Of a stretch of 64,000 bases of DNA, positions 24,050 to 33,870 are shown one piece after another (the stretch's first letter is position 1; the number at the start of each line of letters is the position of its first letter). The notes below the pieces were generated by a model that searched no databases, had not been told where the DNA came from, and worked only from the letters and a program-made list of their open reading frames with translations. The stretch covers positions 111-64,110 of the forward strand of contig DASSOT010000003.1 in NCBI GenBank assembly GCA_035700225.1, written 5' to 3'. This stretch comes from Candidatus Saccharimonadales bacterium. Its GTDB lineage: Bacteria; Patescibacteriota; Saccharimonadia; Saccharimonadales; 2-12-FULL-41-12. The translations under genes were made by a program, and so were the position numbers.

Positions 24050-26131
24050 TTAATTTGTCGGGGTTACGAGGTTTTGGCTGGCAGAATGGCCGGCTTTGTA
24101 AGCCAGGTGAGCTTTGCGGTGGCGGATTATCAACCTGCCGGAAACCAAAGCCACGATGGCGCCTCCTATGCCGCCAGTGATTATGGCGGCCAGAGCATAT
24201 GGCGGATCTTTCCTATCCTTGCCCTCGCGGATTGCCTGTCGGGACTGTTCGATATAGCTGTTGACCAGTCTGTGCGCCGGATAAAGCTTCTCGACACGCG
24301 CGAACTGCATCAGCGCCTTTGAGTATCTGTCATCGTTAAAAAGATTCAGACCGTCCTCCCAGTATTTCTGTGTCGGGCTGTTCGTATCAAGGGTGATTTC
24401 TTTTGAATCCAGCAAGTCGGCGAAGTCTGCTATGTCGCGGATATAGCTTTTGGCCGAATCAGCCTCGTTGTTGCTCTTGAAACGATAAGTGACCAGCCCG
24501 AAAGCTCTGCCCCGGCTGTCTATGGCCGGGCCGCCGCTACTGCCCTCTGAAGCATCCGCATCAGTCTGAAAAAGCAGGGAAGAACTACCGTTGGCCCTGC
24601 GTATGGAGCTGACCGTACCATTCGTGACCGACGGCGATATTACGCTGTTTTCAGTAAGCTGATTGTCGGCATCGGCAGGGAAACCTATCAGGCTTATCAG
24701 CGCATTCTGGGTGATACTTCCGCTGTCGGACAGCTTGATATAGGGGGCGTTCTTTATGTCCGCTTTAAGCAGTGCGACGTCGCTGGCCGAGAAGCCCGAC
24801 TTCGTATTCTGTTCGATTACCAGCAGGTCCTTTGGGTTGTAATTGACCGCTATTTTCTCGGCCTTTTTGATAGATTCGCTGTCTTGTCTGTTTATGAGCG
24901 CTTTGGCGTCTGACTGGCCGTTTATGACCAGCGGCGTAGCGCCTAGCGAAACGAAAGTGGCTTCTCTGCGATTATCGAGCCTCAGTTGCTGGTCGGGCAA
25001 ATCATATATCTTCGCCAGCAAAGACGCTACGACATCGCTCTTGGCGCTGTCTTCGGCAGAAAGTCCCGCAGTGGCCGTGAATTGGCTCAAAAGCGCCGGA
25101 TTGTTCATAAGCTGGCTTACCAATATGTCAGCCGCGTCCAGAACCACGACATGGCCGCTGGTAGCTATATAGCCGTCGCTTGAAACCAAAAAGCCGGAAC
25201 CGGCGCCTCCGTCACAGGCGTCCTGGCCGTATTTTTCGCCGTTTATGACCAGAGTGCCGCAGACAAGGTGATAAATCTTTACCACGGCAGGAGAAACCTT
25301 GTTAACATCAAAAGCCTGCTTTCCGGTAGAGTCGGAAAGCACGTCTTTGGAAGAATTGCCAAAGCTCAATGATTCCAGTATCCGCCCGTAAATCGAAGGG
25401 ATGTTGCTATCAATGAGATTCTGCAGATATATCCTTACGGGGCGGCCCTCGGAAATGCCGGCCCAGACTATGGCGTAAACCGGCTCGGCATCAGCGCTGA
25501 ACGTCGGCGTTCGCTTATATATTATTTTTTGGAATTTCACCGAGCCTATCTTTTGATAGCTACGGCCTGTTTCTTCGTTCGTAAAATTACCATCGTTTTC
25601 CGGAGCGTAATAGCTTGCCAGAGCTTCGTAGGTGTCCTTGTATCCGTATCTGCGCATATAGCCGTCAAAAGCACTGCCGTCTTTCTCTGTGCTTACCTCA
25701 AGCTCGCTGAGAGCGTCAGGCCCTTTTACTGATGAGTTTTTCGGCTTGGCGCTTGCTTTTACAAGGGCCTTCGCCTGTTTAAGCGAACGGCCCGGGACTT
25801 TTTGGCCCGATTGCGTTTCTCCGGTAACGGAAAATACTGACGGGTCGTAGCGGAAGAAAAATCCGAGCTTGGAATTTACCGCTCCGCCGGAAGGCCGGAT
25901 TATATTGGAGCTCGCCGAGTCGACGGGTACGGTCGTGATATCGGCTTTGCCGAGCATATATCCGGCGAAAAAGACGGACAGGAACATGGCCGAAAGACCG
26001 GCTAAAAACAGACCGATGTGGCGTATCCGATACGGTTTGTGGTGTTTTTTCGGGTGTATAGGCAAAGGAGTTTGCCCGCCGCGGTTTCTGCCTTTTACAT
26101 ACATGCTTATGCCTACTATAACAGATGTCAA
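24050..26131 (-). CDS. membrane-anchored trypsin-like serine protease (S1/Trypsin_2 type) with C-terminal helical and TM segments
   Basis: Catalytic triad context: TSGHVV (His), GSSGGPAIDSRGRAFGLV (GxSGGP Ser motif). N-terminal signal/TM anchor and a C-terminal TM (LAAIITGGIGGAIVALVSG). Confidence 0.65.
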   Translation of the reverse strand: MTSVIVGISMYVKGRNRGGQTPLPIHPKKHHKPYRIRHIGLFLAGLSAMFLSVFFAGYMLGKADITTVPVDSASSNIIRPSGGAVNSKLGFFFRYDPSVFSVTGETQSGQKVPGRSLKQAKALVKASAKPKNSSVKGPDALSELEVSTEKDGSAFDGYMRRYGYKDTYEALASYYAPENDGNFTNEETGRSYQKIGSVKFQKIIYKRTPTFSADAEPVYAIVWAGISEGRPVRIYLQNLIDSNIPSIYGRILESLSFGNSSKDVLSDSTGKQAFDVNKVSPAVVKIYHLVCGTLVINGEKYGQDACDGGAGSGFLVSSDGYIATSGHVVVLDAADILVSQLMNNPALLSQFTATAGLSAEDSAKSDVVASLLAKIYDLPDQQLRLDNRREATFVSLGATPLVINGQSDAKALINRQDSESIKKAEKIAVNYNPKDLLVIEQNTKSGFSASDVALLKADIKNAPYIKLSDSGSITQNALISLIGFPADADNQLTENSVISPSVTNGTVSSIRRANGSSSLLFQTDADASEGSSGGPAIDSRGRAFGLVTYRFKSNNEADSAKSYIRDIADFADLLDSKEITLDTNSPTQKYWEDGLNLFNDDRYSKALMQFARVEKLYPAHRLVNSYIEQSRQAIREGKDRKDPPYALAAIITGGIGGAIVALVSGRLIIRHRKAHLAYKAGHSASQNLVTPTN

Positions 26132-26898
26132 CGCTTCGGCGGACGGGGTATGAGCACGGAAGTATGTTTCTTATACTCCTGGTATTTTTGGTCGTTTTCG
26201 TATTTTTTCTCGAGGATGGGCACGCCTGAAAACCGCGTTATCAGGTAGGTTATGGCAAAAGTTCCGATAAGCCCCCAGTAATTCCCCGCCGAGCAAGCCA
26301 CGATTCCGGCGCCTACCCAGGCGGTAATCTCGCCGAAATAATTCGGGTGCCGGCTATAGCGCCAAAGACCGCTGGTCATAATTCCACCTTTCTTTTTCCC
26401 GCTTCGGATGAAGCGTTGCAGTTGGGCATCAGCTATCGCCTCAAAGACAATCCCCAAACCCCACACAGCCAGACCCAAAAAGGCAACGGGGCGGTTGAAA
26501 TCTTCGGCGATTATCGCGCCTATCGATGCCATGCTGATAACCAATATCAGAGCGCCTTGGGCCAGGAAAAGACGGATATAAACGAGCCTGTTCAGTCTGC
26601 GTGCAAATTTTTTACGGTATATGGTGTAGCGTTCGTCTTCTTCTTTGTGCATATTCCTGGCGGTGATGTGCAGAAAAAGCCGTACGCCCCACAAGCTCAC
26701 CAGCGCCAGGCTTAGCAGTGGGATAGGCTGATAATTTCCGAGTATTACCATGGAGATTCCTGCCAGATATACAAACCCCAGCCCCCATGCGCTATCGACA
26801 GAATCGATGCGTTTAAGATATAGGAATCCGAACACATACCATGCGCTCATGTATACCAACATCGTCAGAGCCAGCAGAAGGAACAACCCGACCAACAT
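26128..26898 (-). CDS. DUF1295/ICMT-like polytopic membrane protein (putative methyltransferase/reductase family)
   Basis: GLWRYSRHPNYFGE motif typical of the isoprenylcysteine carboxyl methyltransferase / steroid reductase-like DUF1295 fold, with multiple TM helices. Confidence 0.55.
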   Translation of the reverse strand: MLVGLFLLLALTMLVYMSAWYVFGFLYLKRIDSVDSAWGLGFVYLAGISMVILGNYQPIPLLSLALVSLWGVRLFLHITARNMHKEEDERYTIYRKKFARRLNRLVYIRLFLAQGALILVISMASIGAIIAEDFNRPVAFLGLAVWGLGIVFEAIADAQLQRFIRSGKKKGGIMTSGLWRYSRHPNYFGEITAWVGAGIVACSAGNYWGLIGTFAITYLITRFSGVPILEKKYENDQKYQEYKKHTSVLIPRPPKR

Positions 26899-27470
26899 CA
26901 GTTTGCCTCTATACCCAGTTCGTTCAGTTCCGCTTTGAGGCTGGCGAGATCTTTGTAATGTATAGCCGTTATGCCCAGAGTGCGCGCCGAGTCGGTATTG
27001 TAGGAATTATCGTCTATGAAAACTGTTTCCGCCGGTTCTACGCCCAGCTTTTCAACGGTTAGTTTGAATATTTCCGGGTCCGGTTTGATTATTCCGACTT
27101 CCGAAGAGATTATATCGACATCAAACAGCCCGGCTATGCCGTGTTCTTCCAATATAGGGCGCAGATAAGCATTGCTGGCATTTGAAAGCAAGCCTATCTT
27201 ATAGCTTTTCTTCAGTTCTTTTATCAGATTGACAAGAGATTCATCTATCATCCTGTCATCATAAAAAGCTTCTTTTATTTCCGCCTCGGTCTGCTTGCTT
27301 AAAGCGCTCAGTCTTTGAAAAAATTCCTGCCAGGTTATCAGATTCTTGTCTACCATGTCGGAAAGGTCGGCGAATTCACCCCCGCGCTTGAAACCATGTT
27401 TGTTCAGCCAGCGCTGATACGGATCCGCGTGAATCACGCCGAAAAAGTCAAAGATTACGGCCTTGTACAT
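26898..27470 (-). CDS. HAD-superfamily hydrolase (subfamily IA)
   Basis: Motif I AVIFDFFGVI; motifs III and IV (KIGLLSNA...VFIDDNSYN). Confidence 0.6.
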   Translation of the reverse strand: MYKAVIFDFFGVIHADPYQRWLNKHGFKRGGEFADLSDMVDKNLITWQEFFQRLSALSKQTEAEIKEAFYDDRMIDESLVNLIKELKKSYKIGLLSNASNAYLRPILEEHGIAGLFDVDIISSEVGIIKPDPEIFKLTVEKLGVEPAETVFIDDNSYNTDSARTLGITAIHYKDLASLKAELNELGIEAN

Positions 27471-27509
27471 CCCTCAATTGTAGCAACTTGGTTGCTTGTG
27501 AGAGTAAGG

Positions 27510-28442
27510 TTATTTCGTTTTTGCCGTCTGTTTGGCCAAAGCGAGCTTATTAGCATCTTTGGCTATGAGGTATATGGATCCGGTCAAAACAAGGGCCCCT
27601 ATGCCCTGCGTCAGCGTCAGGCCCTGTTCCAGCCAGATGTAACCGACTATCACGGCTGATAGTGGCCAGGCTAGCTCCAGCAGGGCGGCTCTGGAAGCCA
27701 GCACCCGCTTCAAACCGAAATAATAAATCAACAAGGCGACCATACCGGTAGAGAAAGTAATCGCCACCAGATATTTAAACTGGCTGAAGGTTATAGAGCC
27801 AAGCGAAGCCGCACTGCCTGACAAAAATACGAAGCCGAGCGCGAAAAACGGCGTGATGCCGAAGCGCAAGGCCGTGATGTGCAATGTAGAAGTATCTTTC
27901 AGGGCGTATTTGGAAAAAGCCGTCGAGCTACCCCATGCGGCGGCGGCGCCGACAGCATAAAGCGCGGCTATTACCGTCCCGCTACCCGTCGAAAGATTCA
28001 CGCTCAAGCTGGGGAACGTTACGAAATATGCGGCCACCAGCGAAATTACGGCCAGCCCCATAAAGCGCCTGCTGAGCGGCTCGCGCAAAAGCAAAGCGGC
28101 GGCCGTGATGGCAAACACCGGGTTCAGTTGTTGTAAAAGCACCACTACGGAGAAATCGATGAAATTTATCCGCCCTAAAGCGGCCGTATACAGGATAGTT
28201 CCGACTGCGCCGGAGAGAAAAGCTACCCCTGTGATGGCATACCATTGCTTGCGCGTTAACTCCTTGAACGATTTGAAAGATTTCAACGCGAACGGAGCCA
28301 GTATTATCAGCCCGAACAGATGTTCGTAGAACACGATTATCGACGGAGGAAGCGTGTAAAGATGCCTCCGAAGCAACCCGTCCACACTGAAAAGCAATGC
28401 CGCTAAAATCAGAGCGACAGAGCCGAACTTAATATATTTCAT
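27510..28442 (-). CDS. EamA/DMT-family transporter
   Basis: 310 aa with about 10 TM helices in a duplicated 5+5 arrangement. Confidence 0.6.
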   Translation of the reverse strand: MKYIKFGSVALILAALLFSVDGLLRRHLYTLPPSIIVFYEHLFGLIILAPFALKSFKSFKELTRKQWYAITGVAFLSGAVGTILYTAALGRINFIDFSVVVLLQQLNPVFAITAAALLLREPLSRRFMGLAVISLVAAYFVTFPSLSVNLSTGSGTVIAALYAVGAAAAWGSSTAFSKYALKDTSTLHITALRFGITPFFALGFVFLSGSAASLGSITFSQFKYLVAITFSTGMVALLIYYFGLKRVLASRAALLELAWPLSAVIVGYIWLEQGLTLTQGIGALVLTGSIYLIAKDANKLALAKQTAKTK

Positions 28443-28663
28443 TTTTACCCTTTCTGTTGCCTGCTAGCAACACCCGCTTTTTATAAACGGGTCCCGACTA
28501 TACGGTCGGCTCATGATTTTCACATGATCATCCCCTTTGAAGAAAGAGGTCGACGGCTGTTACGTCCGATTGGCGAATTTCACGCCACCCACAGGAAATT
28601 AAATTTTATTGCACGATATATATTACACCAACACATCAGGGCGCTCAAACACAAATTGAAAGC

Positions 28664-29026
28664 TTACCAGACGCCGACAAGATGCGTCGCAACAAGAGCC
28701 AACGCTACTACAAGGATACCGCCGGTCTGTATGAAGGGCTCGTGGCCCAGCTCAGGCAGTTCGCCTCTGCGTATGGCCTTGTCGGCCGCTTTGAAGCGTA
28801 TATAGCCCACTACGGCCATAAATGCACCGAGCATGACTACTGCGGTACCGAAGATGTTCTGGGTGGCGGCGTCTTCTCCGGCAAGCTGGATGAGCGCTAT
28901 GCCTCCGGCCAGCACGGCCAAAGCTGTGCGCACCCAAGCCAGGAGCGTGCGCTCGTTGGCCAGCAGGAACCGGGCATCCACGTCCAGTTCATCCTTCTTT
29001 GGATTTTTCTTCTTAGTTTTAACCAT
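28664..29026 (-). CDS. DUF202 (YidH-like) small membrane protein
   Basis: LANERTLLAWVRTALA signature followed by two TM helices. Confidence 0.55.
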   Translation of the reverse strand: MVKTKKKNPKKDELDVDARFLLANERTLLAWVRTALAVLAGGIALIQLAGEDAATQNIFGTAVVMLGAFMAVVGYIRFKAADKAIRRGELPELGHEPFIQTGGILVVALALVATHLVGVW

Positions 29027-29350
29027 CTAGGTACTTATAGGGTAAGGTATTTCTCTCTCGGCAGTCAAGCTTATCTATAGAGCATTATGCCGAATACGAC
29101 CAGAGTGCGACTATAACCCAGAGAGCCAAAGCATATCTACCATGCTGAATCCAGCTTGAAGACTGAAATCAGCATGGTATACCAAGGCAGGATTCGGTCA
29201 CGTTCCGCGACCCCGAAACTTCATCTTTGAAAACAAGTTTTCAAGAGAAGATTTCCTTGCGAAATGCCCCCGGCATTTCTCACCTGTGACCCTCGCAGGT
29301 TCGAGCCATGAGATTCCATGACAAAACCCGGCAAAAACCGGGCCATGTCA

Positions 29351-29427
29351 TGGTACACCCGACAGGATTCGAACCTGTGACCTCCGGCTCCGCAAGCCGA
29401 CGTTCTATCCAGCTGAACTACGGGTGC
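29351..29427 (-). tRNA. tRNA-Arg (anticodon read as GCG; needs tRNAscan confirmation)
   Basis: Reverse complement reads GCACCCG-TA-GTTC-AGCTGGATA-GAAC-G-TCGGC-TTGCGGA-GCCGG-AGGTC-ACAGG-TTCGAAT-CCTGT-CGGGTGT-ACCA. 77 nt, cloverleaf closes with a G1:U72 wobble. Confidence 0.7.
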
Positions 29428-29474
29428 GCAAATATACGCGTAACAGAGGTTATTTTACAGGTATAGTTGAAAAA

Positions 29475-30068
29475 TTAAAAGTTAAGTTTGCGCGCCAGCT
29501 TGTCAACGGTGCGCTCCGTATGTTCGCTGTGTGGCAGATGGTCGGAAAGGAAACTGACGATTGCCGCCTCCTGGTCGGGCGGAAAGTATAGTGAAAGTTC
29601 CGGCATAAAACGTTTCAAAGGCATGAAGTTGATACTCCTTATACCGTCTTCCTGGGCAAGGCCGAAGGAGCGGAAAAGATTGTAAGGATAAAACTTTTTG
29701 TCTATCGTTATGCCCTCGTCGTTGATTTCAAAGGTCAGTTGATGTGGTTTTCTGCCCGCCAAAATCAAAAAGATTATACCGGCCATAGCTATCGCCACGA
29801 CAGAGATAATATCTTTGGTAAGCAAATACACGAGCACGCTCAGTACGACTATCCCCAAGAAGAAGACTGTGTACCAGCCGCTACTTTTATGGCGATGAAC
29901 GAATTCCGAAGCCGTCCAGGTTATCGGCTTTTTATTTTTGGGCTGTTCGGGTTTTGGATTGGCGGCAGGTTCTTCAGGCTTGTATGCCCATGTTGCTTTT
30001 TCATCTTGTGGAGGCATAAGCACATTGTATCCAAATATCCGTTCTTCTACCAGCTTGGCGAGTGACAA
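29475..30068 (-). CDS. membrane protein, hypothetical
   Basis: 197 aa; P/K-rich N-terminus, two TM helices (WYTVFFLGIVVLSVLVYLL; VVAIAMAGIIFLILAG) and a soluble C-terminal domain. Confidence 0.4.
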   Translation of the reverse strand: MSLAKLVEERIFGYNVLMPPQDEKATWAYKPEEPAANPKPEQPKNKKPITWTASEFVHRHKSSGWYTVFFLGIVVLSVLVYLLTKDIISVVAIAMAGIIFLILAGRKPHQLTFEINDEGITIDKKFYPYNLFRSFGLAQEDGIRSINFMPLKRFMPELSLYFPPDQEAAIVSFLSDHLPHSEHTERTVDKLARKLNF

Positions 30069-30118
30069 CCGAGGTTAATATTGATATACTTTACATCTGT
30101 TAAAATAGACAACGATAC

Positions 30119-30211
30119 GGAGAGGTACCCAAGTGGCTGAAGGGGACGGTTTGCTAAATCGTTAGGGGGGCGCAAGCTCCCGCGAGGGTTCGAATCCCTC
30201 TCTCTCCGCCA
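30119..30211 (+). tRNA. tRNA-Ser (anticodon GCT), class II
   Basis: GGAGAGGTACCCAAGTGGCTGAAGGG...ACGGT-TTGCTAA-ATCGT...GGGTTCGAATCCCTCTCTCTCCGCCA. Long variable arm, CCA encoded. Confidence 0.85.
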
Positions 30212-30459
30212 TGGAAAGTGCCGGGCTCTCATGCCCGGCGGTTTTCATGACATAGGGTTTGAACAGAAACATGGCCGGGCGACTGCCCAGGGTTTGTTTC
30301 TGGCCAGACGAAAGAGAATCCTTCTATCCGCCGATTTTTGACAAAAATTTTTTTATCTCCTAAGATTACACCTGATGATTATATTTGAAAGCCAGCCGAT
30401 GATGATGCCTATGTTACGCCCTAGGCCGGTTCAATAATTGCTATAAACTAAAAACTTTA

Positions 30460-30481
30460 CCGGCCTAGGGCCGGTTTTTTT
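30460..30481 (+). terminator. rho-independent terminator
   Basis: CCGGCC-TAG-GGCCGG hairpin followed by a T7 run. Confidence 0.6.
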
Positions 30482-30514
30482 ATATTCAATACTAATAGAG
30501 AAGAAAGCAAAGGT

Positions 30515-31747
30515 ATGACATCAAATAATTCGGCTCAAACACAGGGTTCTTTGGGGCCTGCTTCATTTGAGGTCGCCCCAGGCCGCCTGGAAACGATTGA
30601 AGAACTCGATGCCTCTTGGAAAGAAAAAAATTTATCTAATCCAACTGCGGGCGGGATATATCTTAGGGATGTGGACCCTAATGTTGTCGCTGTTGAGCGG
30701 CAACTCTCCGGTGTAACAATTCCCTATCAGCGTCTTGTCGTAGCTCTTACTTCGGGAGAAGCGGCAGTAGATACAGCCATAGGTTCATCATTGTCTCTGT
30801 CAGGAAAGAACAAAAACGGAGCACCGCTTCTTGCCTGTGCGGAGGAGGTATATCCGCCTACCGCAAAAATGGTTGAGGATTATAAAAACATGGGAGTGAA
30901 AACAATCAAATTCAATAGCGGCGATCCTGATAGCACAAACCGCGTTATGGACACCGCGCCCGATGTAGTGTTCCTGGAAACTGTTTCAAATACGCCGGAA
31001 ATGCCCGTAGCAAATGTTTTTAGATGGCTTGATTGGAACCGTGCCGGAGGGAATGAAACCACATTGCTTTTTGACCACACCTTGCTAAAGAAAACTGGTT
31101 TTGATTTTGCCCCCGTACTTAGGCCTGATGATAATGTGCTGGTTGCTGAAAGCATCAGCAAGGCCGAACTCCTAAATGGCGTTGCGGGAGTAGGCGGCGT
31201 GATATACGGAGGTAATGAGGCTCTCATAAGCGAGGTCAGGCGGTACCGGACAAATCACGGGCCGGTTATAACCAGCGCCGGGGCGGAAGTTTTTTCAAAA
31301 ATTTTGGAAGTGTCGTTGCCTGGATTTCATAAAAGAAACAAAAAACTTTTTGAAAATACCGGCAAAATAGCACTCGCTTTTCATGAAGCAAAAGAAGAGT
31401 TAGGAGAAGAAGCTGATTTCGACATATCCTATCCTACCCTTCCAAACCACCCCAACCATGATTATGCCAGGAGACATCTACATAACGGAGTTTCTCCTGT
31501 TGCATTTGTCTCCAGCCAAGACACGGCCGAAGGGGCTGGCAGGGGATTGCTGGAAAGGATAACTTCCCATCCGAGTATCAAGGACCAAATTCGTAAAGGG
31601 CGGGGGTTTTTTGGACAGAGTTTCGGGTTTTCTGAAGCTACCTTCTTCTATCGTCCGGGGTTTTCCTTTGCACGGTTCTCCGGAGGATACGATATGGATG
31701 CGGATGAATTCAGCGGTGCTATCAAGGAAGCGGCCATCGATATATGA
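30515..31747 (+). CDS. divergent PLP-dependent enzyme of the Cys/Met-metabolism (trans-sulfuration) fold, tentative
   Basis: VVFLETVSNTPEMP resembles the E-[ST]-x-[ST]-NP segment of the family. VLVAESISKAELLNG fits the SxTK PLP-lysine region. Confidence 0.35.
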   Translation: MTSNNSAQTQGSLGPASFEVAPGRLETIEELDASWKEKNLSNPTAGGIYLRDVDPNVVAVERQLSGVTIPYQRLVVALTSGEAAVDTAIGSSLSLSGKNKNGAPLLACAEEVYPPTAKMVEDYKNMGVKTIKFNSGDPDSTNRVMDTAPDVVFLETVSNTPEMPVANVFRWLDWNRAGGNETTLLFDHTLLKKTGFDFAPVLRPDDNVLVAESISKAELLNGVAGVGGVIYGGNEALISEVRRYRTNHGPVITSAGAEVFSKILEVSLPGFHKRNKKLFENTGKIALAFHEAKEELGEEADFDISYPTLPNHPNHDYARRHLHNGVSPVAFVSSQDTAEGAGRGLLERITSHPSIKDQIRKGRGFFGQSFGFSEATFFYRPGFSFARFSGGYDMDADEFSGAIKEAAIDI

Positions 31748-31753
31748 GCAATG

Positions 31754-32380
31754 CTAATCTCTACTGTGTATCACCACTAATTTTCGATTTCCTAAATCTA
31801 TTTCGGCCATATCTGAAATCATTTCATTGCTTATGCCGGTATTTCCTTGTAGCGAAAGGGTGTATTTTGCCAAATCATATTTCAGGCCGCTGGAAAATTC
31901 AGCCTTAACATCACCGAAAACCGGTATGAAAGATATGGCGTCGCCTTTTTTGCCCCTGATGATAACTTTACCCGTTATCATATAAATTTCCTGGTTTCCT
32001 TCGATAATCTTCAGCTTTATGCCAACAAAATCCTGCTTATTCAACAGGTATATGTTGCCTAGCATATGGTCGACCCGTCTCCCCAGCAGGGCGACCAGGA
32101 TTACTTCGCCGGCCCCCTGTTTAATGGCATAGCGGATAGCGGCCTCGGAATCCGTATAGTCCTTATCCTCGGGATGCTCGATGATTTCTATGTCTTCGCG
32201 AAGTAGGCTTTTGTCAAAGGAGTCGAAATCGCCGACTATCGCGTACGGTTTATAGCCCAAAGCGGTTATGTGTTTCGAACCTCCGTCGCAACCGATGAGC
32301 AGAGTTTTGCTGTCGATATAGCTTTTTATATGGGTTAAATCAGCACAGTCGCCATTAAGGAAAATCACCGCCCTATTCAT
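31754..32380 (-). CDS. thiamine pyrophosphokinase
   Basis: AIVGDFDS motif, catalytic Asp cluster, and C-terminal thiamine-binding half. Last gene of the thiamine-salvage operon. Confidence 0.7.
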   Translation of the reverse strand: MNRAVIFLNGDCADLTHIKSYIDSKTLLIGCDGGSKHITALGYKPYAIVGDFDSFDKSLLREDIEIIEHPEDKDYTDSEAAIRYAIKQGAGEVILVALLGRRVDHMLGNIYLLNKQDFVGIKLKIIEGNQEIYMITGKVIIRGKKGDAISFIPVFGDVKAEFSSGLKYDLAKYTLSLQGNTGISNEMISDMAEIDLGNRKLVVIHSRD

Positions 32381-33128
32381 CGCCGTACCTCCAGGGCATT
32401 AAGGCTTTTTGTGCGAACGCTACGAGCGCCAGCAGTACCAAAGTAAGCGCCACTATCACGAAGATTGATGCGAACACCAGGTCTATCGCCCGGGAGTGCG
32501 CCGCCGTCTGCATGAATATCCCGAGCCCCTTGTAGGCCCCGACATATTCGCCGACTATCGCGCCTGTAACCGCGTACGTGGTGCTTATTTTGAGGCCGGA
32601 AAAGAAAGCCGGCATGGCGGAAGGGAACTGCACGTAGCGCAATATCTGTAATCGGGTAGCCTTCATGCTTTTCATCAGGTCAACCAGATGTTCAGGGGTG
32701 CCTAAAAGCCCATCGGAAACGGCCACGGCTATAGGGAAAAAGCCGTACAATGCGACGATTATCACCTTGGGCATTACGCCGAACCCGAACCAGAGGATAA
32801 GAAGTGGCGCCAGCGCGATTATAGGTATGGTCTGGGAAGATGCCAGCAGGGGATAAACGGTTTTTCTGAGGCGCGCTGACAAGAATATCCCCGCACCGAT
32901 GAGCGTACCCAGCACAATGGCTAAAAACAGGCCGTACAGCGTTTCCAAGAGCGTCTGCCAGGTGTGTTCCAGTATGATAGCCCGGTAATCGACCAAGGCG
33001 CTCCATACATCGCTTGGAGCCGGCAGGACGAACTTATCGACAAACCCGGCTTGTGCGTAGGCCTGCCATAGGAGTAAGAACAAAGCAAATACCGCAACCG
33101 CGGGAAAATACGAGCTGGCGCGTTTCAC
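32373..33128 (-). CDS. ABC transporter permease (NitT/TauT-type, binding-protein-dependent inner membrane component)
   Basis: 6 TM helices. Overlaps neighbours by 4-8 nt in an operon with the ATPase and SBP. Confidence 0.7.
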   Translation of the reverse strand: MKRASSYFPAVAVFALFLLLWQAYAQAGFVDKFVLPAPSDVWSALVDYRAIILEHTWQTLLETLYGLFLAIVLGTLIGAGIFLSARLRKTVYPLLASSQTIPIIALAPLLILWFGFGVMPKVIIVALYGFFPIAVAVSDGLLGTPEHLVDLMKSMKATRLQILRYVQFPSAMPAFFSGLKISTTYAVTGAIVGEYVGAYKGLGIFMQTAAHSRAIDLVFASIFVIVALTLVLLALVAFAQKALMPWRYGDE

Positions 33129-33862
33129 CCCTTTACCCCCAGCAGTACATTGAGCCGTTTTTCCAGCTTTTTAGCTTTTTCCAGATGTAGATGGCGGTGT
33201 TTCCTGGGCCTGGGCAAATCCACCTCCAGCCTTTCCTTTATAGTGCCCGGACGCCCGCTCATGACGTAGATGGTATCTGATAAGAATATCGCTTCGCGGA
33301 TGTCATGCGTCACGCATACCACCGCAGGCCGGGATTTCTGCCAAAGGTCTAGGAGCCAGCTCTGCATATTAACGCGTGTTATGGCATCCAGGGCGGAAAA
33401 AGGTTCATCAAGGAGTAGTAGTCTGGGGTTCGTCAGCACAGACCGGATTAAGACTGCTTTTTGTTGCATGCCTCCGGAGAGCGCCCTGGGGTATGCTTCC
33501 GCGAATTCGCTTAAATCGAACTCCTGTAACATTTTACGGGCCTTATTACGTGCGGTTTTAGTGCCGGTTTTTCGGATTTCGGCAGGCAACATCATATTAT
33601 CCTCTATGGTGCGCCAGGGCAGGAGGCTGGGACTCTGCGGCAGGTAAGCCGTCTTTTTTATGACATTTACATCTCCCGAGGAATGCTCAAGAATACCTCC
33701 TGCAATCTTTAGCAGGGTGCTCTTACCACAGCCGTTCGGGCCGACCACGCAGACGAACTCATTCTTTTCTACGGATAAATCAACACCTGAGAGCGCCTTT
33801 ATGGTCTTGCCGGAGCTTTTGTAATCCTTGCCGGCGTTTTTTACGGTAAGCGCGCGGGTCAA
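33125..33862 (-). CDS. ABC transporter ATP-binding protein
   Basis: Walker A GPNGCGKST, signature LSGGMQQK, Walker B LLLLDEPFSALD. Confidence 0.8.
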   Translation of the reverse strand: MTRALTVKNAGKDYKSSGKTIKALSGVDLSVEKNEFVCVVGPNGCGKSTLLKIAGGILEHSSGDVNVIKKTAYLPQSPSLLPWRTIEDNMMLPAEIRKTGTKTARNKARKMLQEFDLSEFAEAYPRALSGGMQQKAVLIRSVLTNPRLLLLDEPFSALDAITRVNMQSWLLDLWQKSRPAVVCVTHDIREAIFLSDTIYVMSGRPGTIKERLEVDLPRPRKHRHLHLEKAKKLEKRLNVLLGVKG

Positions 33863-33870
33863 CTCGGCTC

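Noticed and set aside
29030-29350. Attempted to call this structured region as tmRNA, SRP RNA or RNase P RNA
   Set aside because: None of the conserved motifs was found. These include the tmRNA tag reading frame and tRNA-like 3' end, SRP domain IV GGAAGCAGCCAAGGCAG, and the RNase P P4 region AGGAAAGUCCGGGC. Only a 9-mer CCAAGGCAG matched. It is kept as an unclassified candidate.
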